This document shows, piece by piece, positions 11,821 to 25,600 of a DNA stretch of 64,000 nucleotides (positions within the stretch are counted from its first letter, which is position 1; every line of letters begins with the position of its first letter). The notes under the pieces were generated by a model. The model did not search any database and was not told where the DNA came from. It was given only the letters and a program-made list of their open reading frames with translations. This stretch comes from Eledone cirrhosa (Eukaryota). The position numbers were made by a program, and so were the translations under genes. The stretch lies in assembly GCA_964016885.1 (NCBI GenBank), contig OZ024740.1, positions 348,626,001 to 348,690,000 on the forward strand. The letters are read 5' to 3'.

Positions 11821-12124
11821 CCCTCTGTAAATCTGTTTTCTACTCACTTACGGTTGAGCAATCAATTTGCTTGCTTTTTCTAGTAGCACTGACCAGCTAA
11901 TAGTCCACGTTTATCTCCCCTTATTGATGACCATAAACTATGTCATATGTTTCCATTTTGGATATCGCACTGAAACCAATCAGTTCACAGAATATTTTCT
12001 TTGTTTCATTGGTGTCTTGAGAAGCCGTTGCCTCTGAGTTTGAGGTGTCCTAAAGTATCCGAGACTGTAGTCGAGACAATTAAGTAAAATTAGGTAATGC
12101 TTTATGTTATTTATTCTTCCCACT

Positions 12125-12167
<43 letters not shown>

Positions 12168-12367
12168 TATGAATAATTCCTAGAGCATACTTTTGCAACG
12201 TGATCGTGATGAAATGATCAAAATTCTCAAATTAATAAAATATGTAGTCATATAAATGTATTCATCAATTAGTTATATCAAATTTCCGGCTGGATAAGGT
12301 TTGTCGATAATTTTGATACAGATTTAAACGAAATCAAACATAAAAATTGTAGATTCAACTAATATAA

Positions 12368-12756
12368 TCTATATATATAAAAGTGTGTATGTCTGTGAGT
12401 TTTAATCCCTAAAACTAGAGAAGTACCCAACCGATTTTTTTCAAACTTTACATGTGTATTACTTATTAGGTGAATCAACTTTTTGATCGCATTAGATGAA
12501 AAACTTCATTTTTCAGCTGTTTAGAGCTTTTTGAGGCGTTACGTCTAACCGATTTCCTGAAATTTCAAGGCATATTATGCACATAAAAAAATTAATTTTC
12601 TTGATCCCTAGGGCCCGCATTAAGTGAAAACCTGCATTTTTCCTGCTTCATCGAGGAAAATCTTAAAGATTATCGAGGAAAGTCTTAAAGATTAGTCTGT
12701 TGGCGGCCCGCGTTCCAAAATAGCTTATCCCGTGCAACGCCGGGTACCACTGCTAG
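12368..12756 (+). mobile_element. Non-autonomous Helitron (389 bp)
   Basis: 5' end A|TCTATATATATAAAA. 3' end has hairpin cccgtgcaacgccggg followed by CTAG|T. No TSD; inserted between A and T. Confidence 0.85.
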
Positions 12757-13068
12757 TATTTTATAAGTTTCCACACTGATCAACAAAGGAAGGTTACACG
12801 TACATGAAATATAGTTGTTGTAAAAGTGTAACCAATATTACGTAAAAATAATGAAAGGCCTACATTTTAAAACAAATATGTACCCAGAAGGAACAAACAA
12901 AATTGCGGAATATGTTATGTCCGCTGATATAACGTATGATGGAATTTTGTATTACTTATCGAAAATGTAAATAAAACCTGTGACATATATATATGTGCTA
13001 TCATGTGCATCAGATGACGTTTTGAATTAACTACAACGGCTAGTGCAAGTCGTGTTTATTTTTAATTT

Positions 13069-13123
13069 ACTCACCATTCACCACTTATGTAGGTGGTATA
13101 TGTAATTGTGGATGTAATTTATA
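13069..13123 (-). promoter_or_regulatory. Candidate TATA box and ATG-only first coding exon for IL-17 copy A
   Basis: Minus strand TATAAA (13123-13118), then ATG (13077-13075) directly followed by donor GTGAGT. A phase-0 splice to 10213 gives the signal-peptide-like MIHSQILILLFNYIFIGNSA-P. Mirrored in the right arm. Not verified by transcripts. Confidence 0.45.
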
Positions 13124-14578
13124 CGTAGGTCTGACAAACTTAATACGTTCACTTCCATATATTTTACTTCTTTGTTTAATACCTTTGTAGATTTCATATC
13201 ATCGACACTTGTATATCCTATAATGATTGATTCTACATTTGACACAAAGCCAGCAATTATTCCAATGCATTACTGGTAATTTATTTTATCGACCCCGTAA
13301 GGATGGAAGGCAAAGTTGACCTCGGCAGGATTTGAACTCAGACCATAAAGGGACGTAACTCTATGTCGGAAAGCATGGCGCTCCACCCTCTACCGATACT
13401 GCTAATCCACCGCCGATTTGAACTCTGACCATAAATAAGGGACAAACAATCCGAAAGGTAGTGTAAATTGAAGTAGAATTATGACCTTGTTATTCAAGGG
13501 GACTCGTTTACACTCAAATTGCCTTCAGGACTCCCAAGTTCGATGGATTTTGTGGCTTTTAAATGAGACCAAGATAGTGAGTAAGAGAGGTTTGCACCTT
13601 TCAAATCTAAAAAGGGAACTGTCGAGCGAGGTGGAATTCCTCACATTTATATTCTTAAAAGTTTGGAGATGGTAGTAGTACCTTGATTAGATACTAAAGT
13701 GTGGGAAGGTGCTTATGTTTATGTATTTTTACACGATTAGGTTTGTTTTAACCCTATTATTTGTAACCCTATTTATATATTTCAATTCAATCACACTTTT
13801 AGTGTTCAACTAAATTAATGGTTTTTTGGCATCTATTAATGAATCATATAGTAAGTATCTTATCAGGATACTTGTATCCTGAATGTGATCATCATACCCT
13901 GAGGTACTGATTATGTCCCAAATATGAATCTGGTGTTGTGTAGTCATTGTATATATCTATATTCGTATATATTTATAATTTATACTCGTTTATTTTTCTG
14001 TCATACACTTCTGTTTTTAAGTGAGAATATCTATATGTACGTGTTTATGCACACTCTTATTAGTGGACATGTATATCTATACATGTATAGTGTCTCACAT
14101 ACGACTTCATATAGAAATTAAATGGTAGCTACACTTTATATATATTAGTATACTTTGGACTTATTAATGAGTGCACCTACGTATTGAATGTGTTGCTTAC
14201 ATTTTTATTGAGGTTATATCATTTCCTGCACCCAATATGTTGTGTTTATGCACATATATGCGCGCATGTACTTATATAATAATTGTTCCAGACTTTCGCG
14301 TTTCTGAGTCTTTTCTCTTAAAGAAATCTTTTAAAATGCTAATTAACATGGTCTATCTCCGTTCACTTTAGTTAGATTTATTCTCATTTTTCTTCGGTTA
14401 TGGCTTCATTAATTATGTTATATTGCTTTTGCTTATGTTGAATTGATAATTTATACATTTTACTTTGTAAATTGTTAATATAACTTACTTCAACGTAAAT
14501 TGTTTGTCCTGTCAGTAAATATGTTCACTAAAATAAAACTTTATTGAACATCTTTCAAATAAAAACAAGCTAAATGTT

Positions 14579-14675
<97 letters not shown>

Positions 14676-14789
14676 ACACACATACACACTTACACACACA
14701 CACGTACTGGAAATATAAATTCTTTCATAATATACAGAAATTTTCCCATCTTACATTACCAGCAATGTAATTTTTTAATACAATATTCT

Positions 14790-15480
14790 GACACCGATAT
14801 AGGCATGAGAGTCCTCAATCACTTGTTCCAGCGAGTCATGTGACAAGCAACACTCTCCAAGTGATCCGGTCGGATCCGGTCGGATCGTTACCAGCAAAGC
14901 TCATGAATGTTATTCAACCATCATGCTCGAGGTCCATCCCTCGGCCTCCTGTCGGCTGGTTTTATCCATAAAATCTGTTCATTGACTCTTTCCAGAGACA
15001 TTCTACCAACATACCCATACTGTTTGTGCTGTGATCTCTCAATTTCGAGAAGTAGCGGCTCTAGCTTGAGAGACTGTACGATCTCCGAGCTACGCACTTT
15101 ATCGAGTAATATTACTCCAAAGACCCTACCATGCAGCCCTCTGCACCAAACCTATAGAGTGCAAGTCGGAGTTCACCTTCTGTTGAGTTAAGTAACAAAT
15201 TCCAACCGACTGATTTTACACCCGTTAGTCATAATACCATTTCCAATCCGTTTGCACATATCAATCCTGTTCATGTAATAAACAGGAGATGTGTGAGTAG
15301 TCCCCTTGGTGGAGTCTGACTGCCACTTTGAATGGTTTCAATTTAACAACATTTATCTGACCACAAATACATGGGCATTCGTATAGACATCAGGGCAGAA
15401 AGAAGCTGATCATCGACCCTATACTTCTACAGAACCTGGAGTCATATGACTATTCAAGGTCAACACAACAAAAATATCCT
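14790..15480 (-). mobile_element. Decayed RTE-like LINE 3' fragment
   Basis: Shares sequence with 47550-48050 (ctgtgat.tctcaatt..g.aagtagcg...atctccgagctacgc) and, inverted, with 29450-29700, which translates to FFDLEKPYDR...GLRQWYVLPHLLFIIYMNRI (RT-like). Confidence 0.6.
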
Positions 15481-15518
15481 CTTTGCACAAAAATCTGTTA
15501 AGAGAGACAGAAAGAGAT

Positions 15519-15597
<79 letters not shown>

Positions 15598-16833
15598 GAG
15601 AGAGAATGTGTGTGTGTGTGTGTGTTAAAGTGGTAAAAACCAAGAAAACCACAGATCACAGAAATAATGATACATGACCAGCGGCAGAATACGTGTGTTG
15701 AAAGAGGTAGAATCCTCTAGCGAAACTATGAAGAGAATGTCAGCGATGATTCAAATTAATTGGAACATTTTTTATATGAGTTCGTATCTGATCCAGCATC
15801 GTTCACACCGCAACGAAACAAACATAATTTTGTAGGTTGTTTGTAAGAACAAAAGAAAATTATAGAGGTTCTATTATCTTTATCGGGATTTGAAAGCAGA
15901 ACCTAAGAGGCCGTAAGTCTGTATCTTGAAGCATGTTTTCCGGCGCTCTACCGGTGCTGCCAATCCACCGATCCATGTTTAAGTTCCATAATACTAAGTA
16001 GAAATGATTGTAAAATGTAATCGTTTCCAGTCTTTTGACTAGAGTTATTCCAAGATCAGAATGCCTCAGCAGTTGAAGGAATTATATCTATGTTATAGTG
16101 TAAATCTTGACTTCTATGATTTGTCATGGATGTACAAATATAGCTAATGAGAAAATTGAACATGAATTGAACAAATAAATGAAAGGAAGATAAAGATTTA
16201 CCATTTACATGCTGGCGTATAAATTACAAACTCATCAGGATAATCCGCACACTTAATTTGATATAATATTGAAAGAGAGTGAAGGAAAGACCAAATAATT
16301 GAGATGGAGAGAGAAAAAAAAAAGTATTGTGCGGGAAAGAGAAAAGAATGTTGAAAAAGAGGGAGAAAGATTAGTGAGAGGGAGGGAGAAGAATTGTTCT
16401 TTTCTTCACTCTCTCTCAATATTATATCTTTTCTCTTTTTCTTCTATGTCTCTCTTTCTCTTTCTATTCTCTTTATCTATTTTTTTTTATCTCTCTCCCT
16501 CTCAATGTTTTGTCTCTCTCCTTTTTACATCTATCTCGTCTCTCTCCCTTTTACATCTATTTTCTTCCAACAGTTTCATTTAAATAAACCGTTGTTTTTT
16601 TCAATTTTTCCGACACCCATTTGCATACTCACTCACAAATTTGTATCACCCTCAAGTATCTCCACTATCCAGCGAATTTCAACCGTTGAGGTTGTCTTTT
16701 TTCCGGGCATGTCAATATTTATTTATAAAACAATCTGTATTTTATCTGATGAAAGCACTAAATTGTTGAGTGCTTTATATCAGTTATAACATTTTTTAAG
16801 CTTGTTGAATCTCAACAAATTAAATATAACCTC

Positions 16834-16923
<90 letters not shown>

Positions 16924-17199
16924 TGTAACCTATACGTACGTTTATATGTATATATGTGTGAGTACGTATATATATATATATATATACGTACTCACACATA
17001 TACATATATGTGTACGTATAGTTTACACCAATAATAATGCTCGATACTTTTGTAAACAAACGGCGCGATTTGAAGCTGTGACAGTGATTGATCGTCAACT
17101 GTTTGTTCAACACTGGCTTTGAGTAGCAATCAATAAGTTTCTGGGTCATTACCCTTCATCAGGAATGTATACCTCAGCCAGTCTGCTGAAAAGTTGATC

Positions 17200-17760
<561 letters not shown>

Positions 17761-17889
17761 AGTACCAAAATCATGTTAGGGATGTCATGTCAGAATATCA
17801 GAATCATGCGCCATATATAACCTAGGTTATATAAGTTGATGACACAACTGTATAGGCATTCATAGCTCTAATCTAGTTATATAGCTCTA

Positions 17890-18660
17890 ATCTAGTTAAA
17901 TCTAATTCGTATATTATACAAATTAACCAAGCATATATAAATGAAACAATAATAATCACGAAGCTTCAATTCATTAATAAATTATTTAATTGATATATTT
18001 TTCATTCATTTACAAAAGCAGTCAGCATTTTATTCCCTTGTAGGCAAATCATCAGAATCACTAGATAATATAAAAACGATATATATTCACCGAGACCACC
18101 CTGGAGTTAATGTTGGTAGAGGCTGTGTTTTCTGACCAGCAGGACGTGTCATTTCCGTAAAAGTTAGAAGGGTGTTAGAAGTGTATGCGCTCTAATCCGT
18201 TAAGTTGTCTTGGCTGGATGTCACGAAGGACAGGTGGTATTATTCAACCGAAGCATTGTAGGCGTTTGCCCTCTCTAACCGACCTTTAAGGGACCCAAGG
18301 GCCTCTATCCATTTCTGGATTTGGTTTGCTAACTTTTCTGAGTCGTCTTCTCAGTTCATCTCTACCTAAAGATCAGGTCCAAAACAGACCACAAGCACTC
18401 TGAACGGACTGTCATTTCAGCGGAGGAGATCTCCGCTCTTCGCGTTGTGTCAGGCATTTAGTTAAGAGAAAGTAATAATTCATTTTCAAAAACGAAGATG
18501 AACATATTTGTATTTCCTAGTACATTTTATTGTGTATTGCATGCGAAAATCACCAGTACAAAATTCAAGTTACAAGACAACAAATCAATCGTATCCCAGA
18601 TACATTAGTTGTTACATAATATGATTACAATCAGGAAGTTGAGAAACAAAAAAAGAAATG
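17890..18660. repeat. Locally duplicated module Y (unidentified, possibly a coding relic)
   Basis: Reverse-complement match to about 39960-40790. The central part is GC-richer and more diverged than the flanks. Confidence 0.8.
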
Positions 18661-20688
18661 GAGATTTTTTTCAATAGTAAACATAGTTTGACAGCTTAAC
18701 ATAACTGGTCTCCACTTTAAAGATAGCAATTTAGTAATTGTTGCCGGAAAGAGAATGAAAAAAATCAGTGGCTGTCTTGCTACGCTTGAAGCCTATATGG
18801 TCCAGCTTTCCCTTAATCGAAGTGCCAACAGCAACATACACTTCAGTGACATGTAAAACGATCATCCCTACATCATGAATGACGATGACATATAAGGACC
18901 CGGCTGAGTAATCCGCAGGCTACTATAAGTGTACGACGGCAGATGACTATAGGACACATGGAACGCATGGCCGAGAGGTGAACAATGAGTGCTTCTCTCG
19001 AATGGCACCATAGGATCCAGGTTAGACATATCAAGAATTGGATGATTTCTGTAGAGAAAGACACAACAGATATACACCGGTCTCGAGAGCAGGCCGTGCC
19101 ACCCGGAAATCCCATTGGCACTTCATTCCTTAAATTTTTCCCCAGATCAGGAAAACTTAAACAGAAAATAACAAAGAAAAATGTTTAGTTCTAATATATT
19201 TATTTCATTAAAAAACAATTTTTGATATAATTTCAATTATTACATAGTACAGATTAATAATTACATATTGATTATCTTAATATGAAGAATTAAATACGTA
19301 AGGATTACGGTACAGATTATATATAAAATATATATAAATGATATTCTAAGAGATATTGGATATCGAAAAAAAGATATACAACTATTGTGAATGAGGTTAA
19401 TTTATAAATAAAAGGAATTTTAATGTATCATTGAATTGAATCTAATATAAGTATATATGTGTATATATGTGTTTGTATCAGTGTATACCACTGTATATAA
19501 ATGAATGTATGAATGAATATTTTATATGTGCATATATATATTTATACATATGTATATGTATATATATATATATATATAAAAATTATGAAATCGAAAATGC
19601 AACTGGAGTCTTATCTTTAAAAAGATATATATATTTATTTGGTTCCTTTACCGGTTTCGCAGTTTTTCTGCTTTTCAAAAGTAGAGTTGAGATGGAGGGT
19701 CTGTGGTTTTTCTCACATCTGGTTGGTCTTTGAATGTTACTTGTTTTATATGGAAAAAAGTGGCTCGAAATGCCAGGTTTTTAGAGAAGTAATTTGATTG
19801 GTTGGTCAATAAGTATAATAAATTTCGCACCAGTTCGCGTTACAAAGTTCTTCAAACAATGGGGGGTGGGGGGTGCTCAGGTTGTTTTTTTCATATATGA
19901 GTGTTTGAAGGACTTTTTACTTAAAAAAAGGGGCTCACGAAGGCTTTTTTTTAAAAATGTAATCTGATTGTTTATAAATGAAATTATTGCTATCACGTGA
20001 ACAATTTCATTAAATTTCGCGCCCGTATTTCGGAATTTGTTTTGTAGCCTTTTAGAGAATTTTATGACAATAAAAAAAGTGGCTCACGAAGGCTTTTTTT
20101 TAAAAATGTAATTTGATTGGTTATAAATGAAATTATGGTTGTCACGTGAATAAGTTCATTAAAATTTCACGACCGTATTTGTGAATTTATTTTGTAGCCT
20201 TTTACAGAATTTTATGACAATAAAAAAGTGGCTCCGAAGGCTTTTTTTTTAAAATGCAATTTGATTGGTTATAAATTAAATTATGACTGTCACGTGAACA
20301 AGTTTCGCGGCCCGTATTATTTATTTTGTAGCCATTTAGAGAATTTTATGACAAGCAAAAGAATGGTCAAGAGAAATGGGATGGGACATGTGTTCTGGTT
20401 CAGTGAATATGGCTAGTTCGCTGGGGTGTCAGAGTTCAGATTTTCTATTGAAATAAAGAAAGTAGACATATGGATATTTATTATGTAGATGCGTGTTATG
20501 TGTGTGTGTGTGTGGGAGTATGTTAAGATGGAGAGAATATATATATTTTGTGAGTGTGTGTAGGAAAGTGATTCTATTAGTAGAAATGAGGGAGGGAGTT
20601 GTGTGTGGGGGGTGTTATGTGTGTGTGTATGGGTTTTATGTGTGTGTGGGAGCATGGTTAGCATGTTAAGATGAAGAGAATATATATT

Positions 20689-20723
<35 letters not shown>

Positions 20724-22637
20724 AGGAAAATGATTCCGTTAGTAGTAATATTTTTGAATGAACATATTTTCCTTACTTATTCATATTTGTTCTGTTGTAT
20801 TGTCAGCGCAAACGTATGTTAAGGTTTATTTAGTTCGGGTTTTTATTTTCTAAAGTAGAAGGTGTTATGTGTTTTTTTCATGTGACCTATAGTCATCTGC
20901 CGTCGTACACTTATAGTTACCTGAGGATTACTCAGCCGGGCCCTTACATGTCATCTTCATTCATGATGTAGTGATGATCGTTTTACATGTCACTGAAGTG
21001 TATGTTGCCGTTGGCACTTCGGTTAAGGAGGAAAGCTGGACCATATAGGCTTCAAGCTTAGCAAGACAGCCACTGATTTGCTCATTCTCTTTTCAACAAT
21101 TACTAAGTTGCTATCTTTAAAGTGGAGACCAGTTATGTTAAGCTGTCAAAGGTCTGGACAAATATCTAGAATCAAACCACGCCCCACAAATCTTCCTTGT
21201 TTACAATTTAACTTTCTATATGTAAAGAGAAACCTAAATTTTTCACCAGTGAATGATTCGCACCGGCACAGACCGTATTGTACTTTATTTAATCTAATTC
21301 CACGGCGTTTATTCCCTGTATAATGGGACCCCCATCCAAATAAGTGCTTCTACCCTAGTGCATTACTGGTACTTGATTTTATCAACCCCATATGGATGAA
21401 AGGCAAAGTTAACCCTGGCGGGATTTGAACTCAGAACGTAAAGAGTCATAACTCTATGCTGCAAAGCATGGTGACTGAGGCTCTACCGATACTGCCAATC
21501 CACCCCCATCTAAATAACGAAGCTAAAATGAAATATGAACAAGTAATAAGCAGACATAATTAAAACAGTCCAGTTCATCACTTTCAAAGAATTGCAAAGC
21601 CCTACAGATTTTTGGAATAGAGAAAATATTAGCGACTTAAGGATTTACAACAGCCTCTTCTCTACATGAGCAATATATAGTGGATCACTTACATATAAAA
21701 GTGAAAGATCTTTCGTGATGTTAGAACGATACGAACTCGTAACGACACTTTTGAGTTAGCGCTTAATAATTTACTACTTAAGACGATAGTTGTATTTGGG
21801 GTTATTGTTTTCGGTGTAAGTACATTATTTGTGTCTGGTGTGTGTAAGTGTGTTTCAGCGATGGCGTTATCTCGTTTTTTTTTGTTTTTTTTTTTTTATT
21901 TTGGAGGTCAAGACTAGGTAGATGTATTTATGCTTTCAATTTACGAGGCCAAGTCTGAATGCAGTGACTATCGTGGTACAAATCTGCTTGAATCTCTAGG
22001 AAGTGTCTTATCTGAAGTGCTGAATCGTCTGATAAAATGGATCTACCCTGGCACCATCCCTGAGACCCATTTGGGAATCGAGCTGGGAGGGATAGCAATC
22101 AATATGTATGTATACATGTATGTATGTATGTCGGGTCACTCTTGAGTGCTAATGGTAACATGTCACATGGCCGGCTTGTCGCCGACAAAACCGGCAACCC
22201 CACCAGGTTTACTTAGTGAGGAGGGTGATTTTGGACACCCTGCAGGACAAAAGACAAAAGCCGAAGAACGCATGAGTCAACGGCCATCCAAAAATGTGTA
22301 AATATGTAAATACACATGTACATATATATGTATATGTATATGCATGTGTGCATGTGTATGTATGTGCGCGGTGACATAGAAATAGTTGGGCTGGATACCC
22401 GATCGCGTGGTTAAACCACTGGGAGTGAAGGACCCCTAATCTTTATCAGGCAACTTAGGAAACTGGGATAACTCCGTCATAAAACATGCGGCTCATTAGT
22501 TACTGATGATGTTGATCTTTTCTTCTTTTCGAGTTACTGTCACTCAGAGTGTGGGGTTGGCTCGGTACATAGTCTTTCCTCACTTAAAAAAAAATGTTCA
22601 CGCACAGGCATTGTATGATAGAATTAATTAATACTTA

Positions 22638-25600
22638 TTAATAATGGTATGTCGGGCAATGGCCATACTCGATAAGTAGTGCTATGCCTCCCATTGGAGC
22701 CGGAGAGTCTTTGATGTCTCTCAGAGTTCTATCGAGCGCCTCAAGAGCACCTCTGTGGGCCATCGTGCATTCGTCCCAAACGATAAGCTTGCATCGTCTG
22801 AACACTTCTGCCTGATCGGAGCTCTTACTGATGTTGCAAGTGGGTGTCTCAGTCTTCGCTAAGTCAAGCGGGAGCTTGAAATAGGAGTGAGCTGTCCTGC
22901 CGCCCGGCAACAAAGTAGCCGCAATTCCAGATGATGCCACAGCTAAGGCAATGCCTTCTGTTCGCCTAATCTCAGCTAATATGAATTTGGTGACAAAAGT
23001 TTTCCCAGTCCCCCCAGGAGCGTCCAGGAAATAAATCCCCCCAGCTTTGCCCCGGACAGAATTAACAACGGAGTTGTAAGCGAGTTTCTGTTCTGGAAGG
23101 AGCTTTGACTCATTCTCCGCTATGTACTGGGTAAGCTCGTCAACATTATAAGATGTCTCACGCAGCAAATCCGAAGACAGAGTGTTTGCGCCTTCCCGGT
23201 TTGTTGAAGGTAGGCCATACACAGCTAACGCACTACCGCCCATATCGAGAACAGTATCTTCGATTTCAAGCAGCGGCCTGTTGTAAATGAGGTCACTGTA
23301 CCCGACCAATGGGTTTAGCAACTGAGCGTGACGCAGGAAATCTTCAGACATGTAATCTTTGTAGCTAAGCCATAAAGAGGCCGGATCACCCAAGTCACAC
23401 CATAGGAGTAGAATAGCGAAAAGCGAGCTTAGTCTTTTAGGAGATTTCAACAAAACGCCCTCTGCCATAGTGGCGCCCCATTGTGAATCATCCTCCAAAA
23501 GGCCACGTCTAAAGCAGGCTTCCCGGAAAGTATCACATAATTCACCATCAACAGTTCTTATGTCTCGAAAGCTTTGTGGGCCAAAAACCTCATGGAGAAG
23601 AAGGCGTAGGTGAAAACACTCATGCTGGTTGGGAGGTACAGTGTACACTCTTCCTAGACAACTGTCAAACTTGACACCAGGATGTCCTTCAACATCCTGA
23701 CCTGACTTCCTACGCACCCAAGTGTTATTTGACCACACGTAGTAGGACGGGAGCTGAGGATATGAAAGTGTTTTTGCAAATGTGTCAAGTTGGCAAAGCG
23801 TAAAAAAACCAGTCAAAGTTGTTTCTTTTGGATTGGCCGCCAAATGAGCAGCAGTCTGTTCAGTAAAGTAAGCCCGCTGGCCGTTTTCCAAATGAACCGC
23901 TAGTTGTATGATGGCGGGGTGCCTTTGGTGAAGTGGAAACCCGAATATCCGCCAAAAAGCTTCACCATTGCTGATATATCGACCTGCCAAGTACTCCGAG
24001 ACCTCGTCCCTGCTATTGTCGTTTTGAAGGCCGAACATGGCAGCGTCGGAACCCTTGTTAACATATTTACATATGTACTTTATCGACTTCACTGAATGAC
24101 AGAACTCCACATTTATATGAGCGTTGAAAGTTTTCATCAGAAATGAACAGTACGGGACCACCCACCTATTATCAACTTGATGACCCCATAACGTCATAGT
24201 GAATCCACCGTTCTCAGGCCGTCTTCGACTGTACAGTGGGTATCCGTCGCCGCCGGTCTGGGTCTCCTCAACAAACCTCTTTGGGTATCGTTTAGTGCAC
24301 ACATGGTCCTTGTGGCATGAGGGAACTCTTGAAAACCGGGACCGCACTGACCGTGCACCATGTGTGCCTTCACAATATCGTACAGCTGCCGGTCAACAAC
24401 GGGGTCCGGTATTTCCGCTGCGATGACATCATCTAGAACTGTAGGGTCTATTTTGGTGACCAACCAAACGAAAATGTGCGCGTGTGGCAACCCTCTCTTC
24501 TGCCACTCAACAGTATACATGTGACACCTAACAGGCCCGAAAACCTTCCCTTTTTTATTAGATCAATTAGCTTAGCCAGCTTCTGCCTGAAAACCCTGGC
24601 AATAATATCATGCCTATGGCAGTACCTCTGCCCTGGGATAAGTTCCCGCGTAACCTCAACCCACTTGGGGTTACACGTAAAAGTGATGAATAAATCGGGG
24701 CGCCCATAATGCTGAACGAACGTCATAGCGTCCTGTGTTCGCTCGTGCATGTACCCCCCCCCCCCCCGTATAGGTTGAGGGGAGGATGCACATTTTGCCG
24801 ATGTTCCGGGGGTCAGTGTCATTCTTATGCCGTCACGCAAATGGATGTAGGAGTCTGAGCGCAGCTGCTTCTGATTCAGTTCCCGTGACCTGTGCAGGGT
24901 GCTGAAATCGTTAGGTCTCGTCATGAAGCGGTATGAGTATAAAGCCATGCATGAAACAGTTTTAGATGTTGCAGCAGTGGGCTCATTTGGTTTGCGCTGA
25001 GGAATGCCGAAATGGTACCCGTCTTCTCCGTATGCAAAGAGAAGGGGATACTGCAGGACGTCGTATGAACGATGCGTCTCATTAATACGTCGAAGACCAC
25101 TGTCACGACTTTGAATAACTATGTCTCGCTTATTGTGCTGTTCACCATGGATAACTACGGCCACTTCATTGCACGAAGGAGCGTTATAACGGCGTGCGTG
25201 CTCCCCAGAAGGTCTTTTGTCAGCATCGATGACAATGGTGAAGTTTGGTGAAGGATGTGTTTCCAATGCGTATTTGAAACTGCGAATATAACTGTTGTGC
25301 TCATGAAGCATGTTTCGAAGACCGAGCAGCACGACCCTTTCAAAAGTGTCAGCGTCACTGTTTGCATGTGTTGGAATAACGCCGAACCGCGCATCAACTT
25401 GCCTACTGTAGTTAGAAATGAAGTAAATTTGAAGGAACGAAGGCTTGCAATTTTGTAGTGGCTGGAGCGACCCAATATGATGGTACACCTGCCCCTGGAC
25501 CTTGAAAGTAGGCATCCAACTACTTTCTCTGACAACATTAGCCTCGAAAGAAGTCATTTGAAACGCACAATTGTACTTCCTGATGAGTTGAAGGAATTTG

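Larger units (their letters stand above)
6720..16260. repeat. Left arm of a large inverted segmental duplication
   Basis: Colinear reverse-complement matches: 6725-7190/39010-39485, 7310-10320/35850-36885, 12900-14540/29960-31550, 15400-15815/29185-29600, 15960-16260/27950-28240. For example, ORF 13481..13675(+) is identical to ORF 30800..30994(-). Confidence 0.9.

Noticed and set aside
22638-24347. 569-aa ORF as a host PIF1 helicase gene
   Set aside because: It is fused to HUH Rep motifs, intronless, frameshifted upstream and truncated before the later helicase motifs, which identifies it as a Helitron.
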